Source: an uncultured Gammaproteobacteria bacterium (GTDB taxonomy: Bacteria > Patescibacteriota > Patescibacteriia > UBA1558 > 2-01-FULL-52-15). From it: a stretch of DNA of 64,000 bases. The notes below the pieces were generated by a model. It was not told the DNA's origin. It did not search any database and saw nothing but the letters and a program-made list of their open reading frames with translations. The stretch is taken from positions 160,079 through 224,078 of the forward strand of contig CAYOCJ010000001.1 of assembly GCA_964402565.1 (NCBI GenBank), in the 5' to 3' direction. The translations under genes and the position numbers were made by a program. The first letter of the stretch is position 1; the number at the start of each line of letters is the position of its first letter. Positions 28,441-37,583 of the stretch are shown piece by piece.

Positions 28441-30813
28441 ATGTTTGATAAAAAATCAAAAGATCAGAACGACTTGGATCTTGGCGAGATCAATCTTCTT
28501 CCTGAAGATCTGAGGGGCTCAGCTGAGAAGTATAAGAAAGCAAAGAATACCAAAGAGGCTCTTTATCAGCTTCGCGCTCCAAAAAAAGTAAAAAAGCGCC
28601 GCCGCGTCCTTGCATGGCTGCCGTTTTTCGGCGGAGAGCATTGGGAGGTTACGCCTGACGCCGCTGGTAAACCGCGGCCCGCAGGACCGAAGATCCCTGA
28701 TGCCGTCGCTGTTGAAACAAATGCTCCGAAAGCTCCCGAAGATGTCGGCCGATCCGCAACACCGAATGAGTTCGGGATCATTGCTCCTGTGTTCGGTACT
28801 AAGACAGGCAATGGGCCTCTGTCGCCGAAGACAAAGCGATCATTCAAGCAGGGCCTATCGCTGGCATCATTTTTTGGAAAAAAACGGCCAGGCGCTCCTG
28901 CCCACTCTGGTGCCGTGCCGGTGGCACAGAATGTACAGGAACAGCGTCCGGTGCACACCTTTACGACGCCGCCCCGGCACTACAGTTTGTTGTCAGACAC
29001 TGCATTGACGGAAAAAGAGCAATCGAGCGTTTCAGCGCCGCATGGGAAGCCGATGGACGGTAGTGAGAGCGTGAGTCACGGTATGCGTCCGGCGATGATC
29101 CAAACCATGCGCCCGGCGCCTGCCGAGCAAAGTGCGAAGGCTTCCCGCAAATGGCATTTGCCGAAATGGCTGGACATCTTTTCACTGCTGGCACTATTTT
29201 CCGGACCAGGAAAAGCTCGATCGCAATCTCAGAAGCGACCTATCGAGCCCGGTTCTCAATTGGCTGCGGCGCGCGAACCAATGCCTTCTCAGGGCCCGCG
29301 GCCTATCGAGCCAATTCATTTACATGCTTCACCCGCGAAGCCAGAGATGGATCGTATGCCATCGCGCGCTCCGATAACGCCCGTTGCGGTGCCAAAAACG
29401 ATCGAAGCGGTGAATACGTTCACCGGCGTCATGCAAAGAACTCCATCACCGATGTCGAAAGCGCCGAAGGTTCCCGGGAAATGGCATTTGCCGAAATGGC
29501 TGGATATATTCTATTGGCTCGACCTATTCACGCGTACTGACAAACAGCATCCTATGCCGCCGAAAAGATCTTCCATTGTTCCGCCGGCGCCGCCGAAACC
29601 ATTGGGCTTCACGCCGCCTGCACCTGCTCCTCAACCTTTGCAACCGGTCATTACTCCTATCCAGCCGGCGATCAAGCCTGTTGAGATGAAAAAAGAACAG
29701 ATGCCGGTAACGCCGATTACGCCTATCGCTTTTCCGAAACCCATCGAACCTATGAAAGCGCCTTTGCCCAGTATTCAGAAAACGCCGATGCCTCAGCCAA
29801 AGGCACCGAAACTTCATACAGAATGGCATATGCCGAAATGGCTGACCATGGCTTTTTGGCTCCATTTATTCCGACGGCAGCATACGTCTTTGCCAATGCC
29901 TAACAAGCATGCAGCGCCAGCACCTCCGGCTCCGAAACCGATGCTGACGCCAATGCCTGCAAAAACGCCTGTGACGCCTCCTCCTATGCCTATGCCCAAA
30001 GCACCTGCTCCGGCCATGCAAAGCGTACCAGGCATGCCTTCTCTTGCATCGGCAGCCGGCTCTGTGCACCCCGCGCAGCCGGTCACACCGGCAGCAGCGC
30101 CACGTCCGGTTTCAAATGATATTGTAGCTATCAAAGATGACGGGGATCATTCAAAAGAAAAAAAGCAAAAAGGACATCGCGGCATGCTATTCCATATGCC
30201 GACGAAAAATGCTTTTGCCAATGCATCGAAAGAGCTGCGGGAGATCAATCTTATTCCGGGCACGTATTTTGCACCGAAAGGCTGGAAGCAAATTAGCCTC
30301 AGCATCGGCATCGCGGTTTTTGTATCAGCAGGCCTGATAGGGCTTGCATTTGGCGGCCTGCATCTCTGGAGGATACAGCTCGATAAGCAAACAGCGGCGA
30401 TCGACACGCAGATAGAGTCGGTCAAGAACCGCATCTTGCTCTATAATGACCAAGAACCTGAAATGAGCGCTTTGGGAAATCGTGTGGAACTGGTGGCGCA
30501 ATTGCTGAATAAGCATGTGTACCTCACGAATTTCTTCAAACTACTTGAAAAGTATACATTGCCGGACGTGTATTACGATGGCGCTTCTGTTTCAGCTTCG
30601 GCAACTTCGATCACATTGAGCGCGCATGGCTCTAGTTTTGAAACCATTTCTCGCGAACTGCAATTAATGGGTTTGCCTGAAGCACAGGAATTCGTGACGA
30701 AGGCAACTATATCCAATGCGCAGTTGACGAAAAATGAAGATGGCGTTGATCAGGTCAACTTTAATATTGAATTGAATTTGAATCCAAATTTGTTCTACTA
30801 CCATGCTGGGTAA
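28441..30813 (+). CDS. PilN-like protein with a very long Pro-rich repetitive N-terminal region
   Basis: Lies between pilM and pilO; EINLLP and EINLIP motifs, TM, coiled coil and C-terminal ferredoxin-like domain. Confidence 0.75.
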   Translation: MFDKKSKDQNDLDLGEINLLPEDLRGSAEKYKKAKNTKEALYQLRAPKKVKKRRRVLAWLPFFGGEHWEVTPDAAGKPRPAGPKIPDAVAVETNAPKAPEDVGRSATPNEFGIIAPVFGTKTGNGPLSPKTKRSFKQGLSLASFFGKKRPGAPAHSGAVPVAQNVQEQRPVHTFTTPPRHYSLLSDTALTEKEQSSVSAPHGKPMDGSESVSHGMRPAMIQTMRPAPAEQSAKASRKWHLPKWLDIFSLLALFSGPGKARSQSQKRPIEPGSQLAAAREPMPSQGPRPIEPIHLHASPAKPEMDRMPSRAPITPVAVPKTIEAVNTFTGVMQRTPSPMSKAPKVPGKWHLPKWLDIFYWLDLFTRTDKQHPMPPKRSSIVPPAPPKPLGFTPPAPAPQPLQPVITPIQPAIKPVEMKKEQMPVTPITPIAFPKPIEPMKAPLPSIQKTPMPQPKAPKLHTEWHMPKWLTMAFWLHLFRRQHTSLPMPNKHAAPAPPAPKPMLTPMPAKTPVTPPPMPMPKAPAPAMQSVPGMPSLASAAGSVHPAQPVTPAAAPRPVSNDIVAIKDDGDHSKEKKQKGHRGMLFHMPTKNAFANASKELREINLIPGTYFAPKGWKQISLSIGIAVFVSAGLIGLAFGGLHLWRIQLDKQTAAIDTQIESVKNRILLYNDQEPEMSALGNRVELVAQLLNKHVYLTNFFKLLEKYTLPDVYYDGASVSASATSITLSAHGSSFETISRELQLMGLPEAQEFVTKATISNAQLTKNEDGVDQVNFNIELNLNPNLFYYHAG
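29149..29844 (+). repeat. Three intragenic repeats encoding WH(L/M)PKWL
   Basis: 26-bp identity between 29149..29174 and 29479..29504; diverged third copy at 29822..29844. Confidence 0.85.
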
Positions 30814-31498
30814 ATCTAAAAAGAAAAAAGAAGCATCAGGACAGGCTCAAAAGAAAGAGCAGTCTTCCCTCGCGCTTCAGATTGTGAATCGTTATTTGCG
30901 GTGGGTTTTGTTCTTGGTCGTCTGCATCATGCTCTTCATCGGTTATACCTTCATCCTCCAGCAGCAGATCAGCGAAGCTCAAAGTGCCGCTAAGGAAAGT
31001 TTGCCGCTCAAACAAGAGGTGCTTGATGATCTGAAAACGATCGAGACTAAGCTTGACCAGGCATCCTCGGATTATGACCGTATTTTGAGAGAGAAGAAGC
31101 CGGCACTCGATCGTATTGCATTGTTGCTTCCTCGACATTCAGAATACGGGGAGCTCTTCCCATTGCTCAATAAAATAACACAGGCGAGCGGTTTCACATT
31201 GCAATCGATGAATCTGACATTGCCAGCCGATGCTGATGCGCCACCGGCATCTACGTCAGACACTTCGGTTTCTGATCCGATCACATCAGGTTTAGTGCAT
31301 GCCATCAATATACGCTTGAGCGTCCAAGGTGGTGACTATGAGGGCATTAAGAATTACTTGAAAAATCTTGAGCGAAATGTGCGCCTGTTCGATATTTCGT
31401 CAGTGACGGTAAGCGGGTCCGTTTTCATTCAGCAAAATAACGGAGTTACCACAACGCCGGCCTATGATCTGGAGCTCAAAACATACTATCAGCCTTAG
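30803..31498 (+). CDS. pilO: Type IV pilus assembly protein PilO-like
   Basis: TM, coiled coil, LLP and G.Y...KNYLKNLE..VRLFDI motifs; synteny. Confidence 0.8.
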   Translation: MLGKSKKKKEASGQAQKKEQSSLALQIVNRYLRWVLFLVVCIMLFIGYTFILQQQISEAQSAAKESLPLKQEVLDDLKTIETKLDQASSDYDRILREKKPALDRIALLLPRHSEYGELFPLLNKITQASGFTLQSMNLTLPADADAPPASTSDTSVSDPITSGLVHAINIRLSVQGGDYEGIKNYLKNLERNVRLFDISSVTVSGSVFIQQNNGVTTTPAYDLELKTYYQP

Positions 31499-31501
31499 CA
31501 T

Positions 31502-31879
31502 ATGAAAAAGGATAAAATTTTGATCATTGTTTTTCTGCTGCTGCTTGCGTCATCCGGCTTAGTATTGTTCCGCGGATTCAGATCAGAAACTTTCAGCTCG
31601 GTGGAAACGCCGACAAGCTCGAATGATGATGTGGCTAAAACACAGGCTGAGGCAGTAAAGTCGAAGATCACGAACGCCATAAACAAGATCGATACAGGCG
31701 GATCCCTCGATACGCTTATTCAGAGTCAGCAATTCAAAGATCTGTTTCTGGTCGAAGGTCAGGGTGAGACCGATCTGCCGGTGCAGGTAGTTACGACCAC
31801 GACGATCGGTGATTATGGACGGCCGAATCCGTTCCTGGTGCCGACACTCCTGGCAACAACGACAAAACCAAAGAAATAA
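31502..31879 (+). CDS. Small membrane-anchored pilus-locus protein (PilP position)
   Basis: TM and GRPNPF motif; synteny. Confidence 0.65.
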   Translation: MKKDKILIIVFLLLLASSGLVLFRGFRSETFSSVETPTSSNDDVAKTQAEAVKSKITNAINKIDTGGSLDTLIQSQQFKDLFLVEGQGETDLPVQVVTTTTIGDYGRPNPFLVPTLLATTTKPKK

Positions 31880-31894
31880 AAGGAGAGCTGAGAT

Positions 31895-33646
31895 ATGGTG
31901 AAGGCTATTGTAAAACAATATATCGATTTGCTGCGCGAGAAGCAGCTGATCGGTGACGCTGACCAGAGCGAGACGCTTGCGCAGGATTTTGCTGCAATTG
32001 CAGACGTTGATACCTTTCTTGCCCGCCGCCAGGTCATCAATGAAGAAGAGATCACCAAAGCAAAAGCTGAACTCTATAACTTTGAGTACATCAACCTCAT
32101 CGGCAAATCTATCAGCTCAGGCTTATTGAATCTCCTGCCGCGGGATCTGTCAGATAATTATAAGATCGTCGTGTTTGACCGGGAGGGTACGGTCATTAAA
32201 GTAGGTATGGTCGATCCGGGTAATTTCAAGGCTATCGAAGCTGTTGATTTCATGGCGCTCAAGAACGGGCTGCAGGTCAAATACTTCGCCATATCGACAG
32301 ACAGTTACCGCGCAGCTTCGAAGCAGTACGAGAATATCCACGAAGAGGTAGGGGAGGCTCTCGACACCGCAGAAAGCATCTTTGCGCCGAAAGAAGAGGT
32401 CGGCCTTGAAACCGACGGCAAAAAGACGCTCGATGAAATGATCAAGAGCGCGCCGGTGACGAAGATTGTTTCCGTCGTTTTGCGCCACGCGATCGAGGGG
32501 CGGGCATCAGATATTCATATTGAGCCTGTCGGCAACCAGAGCCGTATTCGCTACCGCATCGATGGCATTTTGCATACGACCATCGTATTGCCGATCTATG
32601 TGCATGCTGCGCTCGTGTCGCGCGTCAAAGTTATGGCAAATCTAAAGATCGATGAAACAAGAATACCCCAAGACGGCCGTATTCGCTTGAATATTTTCAA
32701 TAAAGACGTGGACTTCCGCGTTTCGACCATTCCGTTGATGAATTCTGAGAAGGTCGTGATGAGAATTCTGACCACTCCGGAAAAAGCCCCGACCTTGGAA
32801 GATCTCGGTTTCCAGGGCCTCCAGCTTGCAAAGATGCAGCGGAATATCAAGAAGCCGAACGGCATGTTCCTGGTCACGGGTCCTACGGGAAGCGGTAAAT
32901 CAACAACACTCTTCGCTGTTCTCTCTATTTTGAATGCAGAATCAGTGAATATCACGACATTGGAAGATCCGGTAGAATATTTCATCTCAGGCGTGAACCA
33001 AAGCGCTATTCGACCGGAAGTCGGTTTTACCTTTGCGAACGGCCTTCGCGCTCTGCTGCGGCAAGACCCGAATATCATCATGGTCGGCGAAATCCGCGAT
33101 AATGAAACAGCATCCCTTGGTATTCAGGCGAGCTTGACCGGACACTTCCTGCTCTCGACCCTGCACACCAATAGCGCAGTGGGCGCCATCCCGCGTTTGT
33201 ATGATATGAAAGTCGAGCCATTCCTGCTTTCCAATACGTTGAATATCGTGGTCGCGCAGCGCCTTGTCCGAAAAATTTGCACGTTCTGCAAGCGTCCGAC
33301 CGACGTTGCGCCTGATGTATTGGAACGCGTGAAATCTGACTTTGCAGTTATACCGCCGAATGCTATGTATGGAGGCGTCACGCCTACATCGCCGCTTACT
33401 TTTTTCAGAGGAGCTGGCTGCCCGCGCTGCGGCCACTCAGGCTATTCAGGCCGGTCGACGATCGTTGAGGCCATCGAAGTCACCAAGAGCATGAAAGATC
33501 TGATTACGACCGGCTTTCGGCGGAAAGAGGTCGATGAAGAGTTGAAAAAACAGGATTATATCACTATGAAGCAGGATGGCATTATCAAAGCCTTGCTCGG
33601 CTCTACCACCTTGGAAGAGGTTATGATGGCGAGCGAGGAAAAATAA
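31895..33646 (+). CDS. pilB: Type IV pilus assembly ATPase PilB (GspE family)
   Basis: ASDIHIEP, PQDGR, GPTGSGKSTT, LRQDPNIIMVGEIRD, STLHTN and tetra-Cys motif. Confidence 0.95.
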   Translation: MVKAIVKQYIDLLREKQLIGDADQSETLAQDFAAIADVDTFLARRQVINEEEITKAKAELYNFEYINLIGKSISSGLLNLLPRDLSDNYKIVVFDREGTVIKVGMVDPGNFKAIEAVDFMALKNGLQVKYFAISTDSYRAASKQYENIHEEVGEALDTAESIFAPKEEVGLETDGKKTLDEMIKSAPVTKIVSVVLRHAIEGRASDIHIEPVGNQSRIRYRIDGILHTTIVLPIYVHAALVSRVKVMANLKIDETRIPQDGRIRLNIFNKDVDFRVSTIPLMNSEKVVMRILTTPEKAPTLEDLGFQGLQLAKMQRNIKKPNGMFLVTGPTGSGKSTTLFAVLSILNAESVNITTLEDPVEYFISGVNQSAIRPEVGFTFANGLRALLRQDPNIIMVGEIRDNETASLGIQASLTGHFLLSTLHTNSAVGAIPRLYDMKVEPFLLSNTLNIVVAQRLVRKICTFCKRPTDVAPDVLERVKSDFAVIPPNAMYGGVTPTSPLTFFRGAGCPRCGHSGYSGRSTIVEAIEVTKSMKDLITTGFRRKEVDEELKKQDYITMKQDGIIKALLGSTTLEEVMMASEEK

Positions 33647-33679
33647 CCCGGCATCCTATAACAATTAACAGCTCTACCT

Positions 33680-34045
33680 ATGCAAAAGAAAATAATGATC
33701 GTAGAAGATGACGAGTTCTTGGTGCAGATGTACGCAACAAAGCTCGAATTGCAGGATTATCTGGTCACCACGGCCGGGGACGGCAAGCAGGCGATGAAGC
33801 TCATTCGAAAAGACAAGCCGGATCTGATTTTGCTGGACCTGAACCTGCCGGTGATGGACGGCTTTCAGGTGCTTGAAGAATTAAAGAAAGATGCGGCGCT
33901 CAAGAGCATTCCGGTGCTGGTACTGACGAACTATGGGCAGAAAGAACATATCGACAAGTGCCTGGCGCTTGGTGCCGTGGATTATCTTATCAAAGCTCAT
34001 TTCGTCCCGTCCGAGGTTGTCGATAAAATAAAAGTCCTTATTTAA
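33680..34045 (+). CDS. Single-domain response regulator
   Basis: VEDD, LLDLNLPVMDG, LT and K motifs. Confidence 0.92.
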   Translation: MQKKIMIVEDDEFLVQMYATKLELQDYLVTTAGDGKQAMKLIRKDKPDLILLDLNLPVMDGFQVLEELKKDAALKSIPVLVLTNYGQKEHIDKCLALGAVDYLIKAHFVPSEVVDKIKVLI

Positions 34046-34059
34046 TCTGAATCGAGATC

Positions 34060-35127
34060 ATGCCGGCATCCAGCGTCGAAACTCTTTCACTGAATTCAAT
34101 TTTCAGCACCGCTTTGGAAAAAAAAGCGACTGATATTCATTTGATTGCGGGAAATTACCCGGTGTTGCGGCTGGACAGTAAGCTATTCGTCCTGGCAGAT
34201 GAGAAAGTGCTGAGCGTCGATATCATCATGTCCCTGATAGACGCCTGGCTGACCCCCGAAGAAAAAGAACGACTCAATAAAGAAAAAGAGATCAGGACAA
34301 TTTACACGTGGGCTGATCGGGCGCGCTTCAGAGCCTCGATTTTTTATCAGCAAGGGTATCCGGCCATTTCATTGCGGGCTATTCCGCGAGACATTCCTGA
34401 TCCGAAGATCTTGGGCATTCCAGACCTCTTGCTTGACCGCATCACGAACAGGCAGGGCTTGATCATACTCTGCGGGCCTTTTAACTCTGGCCGCACAACG
34501 ACTATGGCTAGTTTGTTGCAATATGTGAATATGAGCCATAGCAGGCGCATTGTGACGCTTGAGCGGCCTATCGAGTATATGATCATCAATAATAAATCGA
34601 TCATCAATCAGCGTGAAGTAGGCCGCGATACCCCTTCATTCATCCAGGGCTCGAAAGATCTGCTCGACGAGGACGCTGATATCGTTGCGATCAGCGAAGC
34701 TTCAGAGCAAGGCATCCAGGAACTTGTCTTGACGCTTGCAGAGAGCGGCAAATTAGTGATCATGATCATGAACGCTGCATCAAGTATTTCGGCAATCGAA
34801 CATTTCATTGACTCCATTCCGAAAGAACGCAGGCAATGGGCGAAAGACGCTTTATCGCATGTTCTGATCGCCATTGCAGCACAGCGCCTGGTGCCGGGCG
34901 CCGGAGGAGGCCGTGTGCTGGCGGTAGAAGTGCTCACGATGAATGCCGCAGTGACATCGATCTTGCAGGAGGATAACTTCGCACAGCTCGGCACTGTTCT
35001 GCAGACATCTCGCGATGAAGGAATGATCAGTCTGGATTATCGTTTAGTAGAGCTGGTGCGCACCGGCAAGATATCTGCGGAAGAGGCGAAAAGATATGCG
35101 GTCGACCCAAGCTCAATTAGGTCATAA
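34060..35127 (+). CDS. PilT/PilU-family ATPase with degenerate catalytic motifs
   Basis: ATDIHL, ERPIEY, QREVGRD and GM..LD are present; Walker A reads GPFNSGRTT and the His box is absent. Confidence 0.85.
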   Translation: MPASSVETLSLNSIFSTALEKKATDIHLIAGNYPVLRLDSKLFVLADEKVLSVDIIMSLIDAWLTPEEKERLNKEKEIRTIYTWADRARFRASIFYQQGYPAISLRAIPRDIPDPKILGIPDLLLDRITNRQGLIILCGPFNSGRTTTMASLLQYVNMSHSRRIVTLERPIEYMIINNKSIINQREVGRDTPSFIQGSKDLLDEDADIVAISEASEQGIQELVLTLAESGKLVIMIMNAASSISAIEHFIDSIPKERRQWAKDALSHVLIAIAAQRLVPGAGGGRVLAVEVLTMNAAVTSILQEDNFAQLGTVLQTSRDEGMISLDYRLVELVRTGKISAEEAKRYAVDPSSIRS

Positions 35128-35144
35128 GCAGGGAACATCAATAC

Positions 35145-36356
35145 ATGCCAATTTTTAAATACAGAGCACTGAACTCATTACGACAGCTTCAAAAAGGGCT
35201 GGTTGAAGCAGCAACCATAGAAGCTGTTGCTGAACTATTGGTCGAAAGAAAATTGACCATTGTTTCCATCGAAGAAGGGAATCAGGGCGGCTTTTCATTG
35301 GCTGCGATCCCGTTTTTTGGCAAAGCAAAACGAAAAAATGTAGTCATTTTTTCGCGGCAGCTTGCGGTGATGATGGCAGCGACCGTGCCTATTGTACAGG
35401 CGCTGCGCATCCTCATCGTACAGACAGACGATAAGGTGCTCAAACAGATCATTTCCAGCATGGCCAATGACATTGATGGCGGTATGAAACTTTCTTCAGC
35501 ATTCGCGAAACATCCTGAAACATTCAGCAATTTCTATGTCGCGATGTTGCGGTCCGGTGAAACAAGCGGACGATTGGAAAAGGTTCTGAATTACCTTGCA
35601 ACTCAGATGGAGAAAGACTATGACCTGGTCAGCCGCATCAAGGGGGCGATGATCTATCCGGCCTTTATTATTACCTCGCTTGTTGGCGTAGGAGCCGCCA
35701 TGCTTATCTTCGTTGTTCCAAAAATGACGGCATTGCTTCAGGAAAATGGCGCAGAGCTGCCGTTCATGACTAAAATGCTGATTGCAGTCAGTAATTTTCT
35801 TACGCATTTCTGGTGGGCACTTCTGTTGGGGTTCATTGTCTTTATTACGGGCGTTCGCGTAGCCTTGCGCTCAAAAGTAGGCCGCGAGACATGGGACAAT
35901 AGCAAGCTGCATATTCCGATCTTCGGCGTCCTCTTCAAAAGGATCATTTTGTCGCGCTTTGCAACGGGTCTTTCTACGCTTATCAAAGGAGGCGTGCCTA
36001 TCAGCCGCGCATTGAAGATAACCTCGGACGTCGTATCGAATCAGGCATTCAAGGCGCTGATAGAGGAGACCGTGAAAGAAGTGGAGGACGGAAATTCGAT
36101 TACCACGATTTTTTCGCAGAATAAATTGGTGCCGGCGATCGTTTCTCAGATGATGGGAGTCGGTGAACGTACCGGCCGCATGGACGAGGTCCTGGATCGT
36201 TTAGGCGATTTCTATTCGAGGGAAGTAGATACTATGATCGGAAGCCTTACGTCGCTCATCGAGCCGGTCATTATGATCATTCTTGGTGTTGGCGTAGGCC
36301 TTATGGTTTCAGCAATTATTTTGCCGATTTTTCAGGTCGCAAATAGCATTTCTTAA
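35145..36356 (+). CDS. pilC: Type IV pilus platform protein PilC (GspF family)
   Basis: FSRQLA, GETSG, MIYP, GERTG and IEP motifs. Confidence 0.95.
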   Translation: MPIFKYRALNSLRQLQKGLVEAATIEAVAELLVERKLTIVSIEEGNQGGFSLAAIPFFGKAKRKNVVIFSRQLAVMMAATVPIVQALRILIVQTDDKVLKQIISSMANDIDGGMKLSSAFAKHPETFSNFYVAMLRSGETSGRLEKVLNYLATQMEKDYDLVSRIKGAMIYPAFIITSLVGVGAAMLIFVVPKMTALLQENGAELPFMTKMLIAVSNFLTHFWWALLLGFIVFITGVRVALRSKVGRETWDNSKLHIPIFGVLFKRIILSRFATGLSTLIKGGVPISRALKITSDVVSNQAFKALIEETVKEVEDGNSITTIFSQNKLVPAIVSQMMGVGERTGRMDEVLDRLGDFYSREVDTMIGSLTSLIEPVIMIILGVGVGLMVSAIILPIFQVANSIS

Positions 36357-36459
36357 TATTGTATGCTACAATATCATAACTACAATCATCATGCTGAAAG
36401 ATACTTTTTCTGATTATCTGGAAAATAAATCCTGGCAGTATCATGCACTGAACCACAGT

Positions 36460-36918
36460 ATGAACGTACTGTCTAAGAGCAGAGGATTTACGCTCATCGA
36501 ATTGCTCGTCGTGATCGCAATCATTGGCCTTCTCGCGTCTATCGCCATGGTTAACCTGAACAGTGCCCGAGGTAAGGCAAAGATCGCCTCAGCGAAGTCA
36601 ACCATGCATTCCATTCAGTCAGCCGCGGTGCTTTGTCAGGATGGATACAGCAGTAATATTGCCTGGAACACTATTGGAAACCTGTGCGCAAGCACTGGCG
36701 TTAACACCGTAGCAGGTAATAAGCCTGCGAATGGTACCACGGTCTGTAACTCGAACGGTGCAGCTGGTTCGATCAACTGGCCAGACCTGCCAACCGGCTG
36801 GAACTACCAAAACGGCTGTAACCAAGTTTCTGCAAATAGCAGCTTTACGTATAGCGCTACAGATCAAACCTGTATTATCACCTGTACACAAATAGCCTGC
36901 ACATACGCAGGTTGTTAG
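36460..36918 (+). CDS. Type IV pilin, copy 1
   Basis: G|FTLIELLVVIAIIG class III signal; no clear SD sequence. Confidence 0.9.
   Translation: MNVLSKSRGFTLIELLVVIAIIGLLASIAMVNLNSARGKAKIASAKSTMHSIQSAAVLCQDGYSSNIAWNTIGNLCASTGVNTVAGNKPANGTTVCNSNGAAGSINWPDLPTGWNYQNGCNQVSANSSFTYSATDQTCIITCTQIACTYAGC
36541..36887 (+). repeat. 347-bp exact direct repeat, copy 1
   Basis: Identical to 37141..37487 (offset exactly 600 bp). Confidence 0.95.
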
Positions 36919-37068
36919 GCTGTTGGCAACGTATAGATAGAATTTATCGAGAAAATGTGGTATAATGTTTAGTACTGGTCGATATGTGGATAGTTTATAA
37001 TTTAAATATCTGTTAAGAGGAAGACACGAGCTCGTTTTCTCTTAACCACAATGAATGGAGGTGACAGA

Positions 37069-37518
37069 ATGAACAAAAACAAAGGATTTACGCTCATCGA
37101 ATTGCTCGTCGTGATCGCTATTATCGGTATTTTGGCTGCGATCGCCATGGTTAACCTGAACAGTGCCCGAGGTAAGGCAAAGATCGCCTCAGCGAAGTCA
37201 ACCATGCATTCCATTCAGTCAGCCGCGGTGCTTTGTCAGGATGGATACAGCAGTAATATTGCCTGGAACACTATTGGAAACCTGTGCGCAAGCACTGGCG
37301 TTAACACCGTAGCAGGTAATAAGCCTGCGAATGGTACCACGGTCTGTAACTCGAACGGTGCAGCTGGTTCGATCAACTGGCCAGACCTGCCAACCGGCTG
37401 GAACTACCAAAACGGCTGTAACCAAGTTTCTGCAAATAGCAGCTTTACGTATAGCGCTACAGATCAAACCTGTATTATCACCTGTACGGAGACTGCTTGT
37501 ACGTATACCTCTTGTTGA
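37069..37518 (+). CDS. Type IV major pilin, copy 2
   Basis: G|FTLIELLVV; GGAGGTG SD, upstream TGGTATAAT and downstream terminator. Confidence 0.92.
   Translation: MNKNKGFTLIELLVVIAIIGILAAIAMVNLNSARGKAKIASAKSTMHSIQSAAVLCQDGYSSNIAWNTIGNLCASTGVNTVAGNKPANGTTVCNSNGAAGSINWPDLPTGWNYQNGCNQVSANSSFTYSATDQTCIITCTETACTYTSC
37141..37487 (+). repeat. 347-bp exact direct repeat, copy 2
   Basis: Identical to 36541..36887. Confidence 0.95.
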
Positions 37519-37537
37519 CCTGATAGTAAGTGGTTAT

Positions 37538-37569
37538 CAAAAACAGTCCTTTGCTTGGGACTGTTTTTG
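37538..37569. terminator. Bidirectional terminator
   Basis: caaaaacagtcc-N8-ggactgtttttg. Confidence 0.8.
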
Positions 37570-37583
37570 TATTTAGTAAATAA

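Noticed and set aside
36460-37518. DGR template/variable repeat interpretation of the pilin repeats (also 344..1315)
   Set aside because: The copies are identical with no adenine-specific mismatches, and there is no reverse transcriptase in the window
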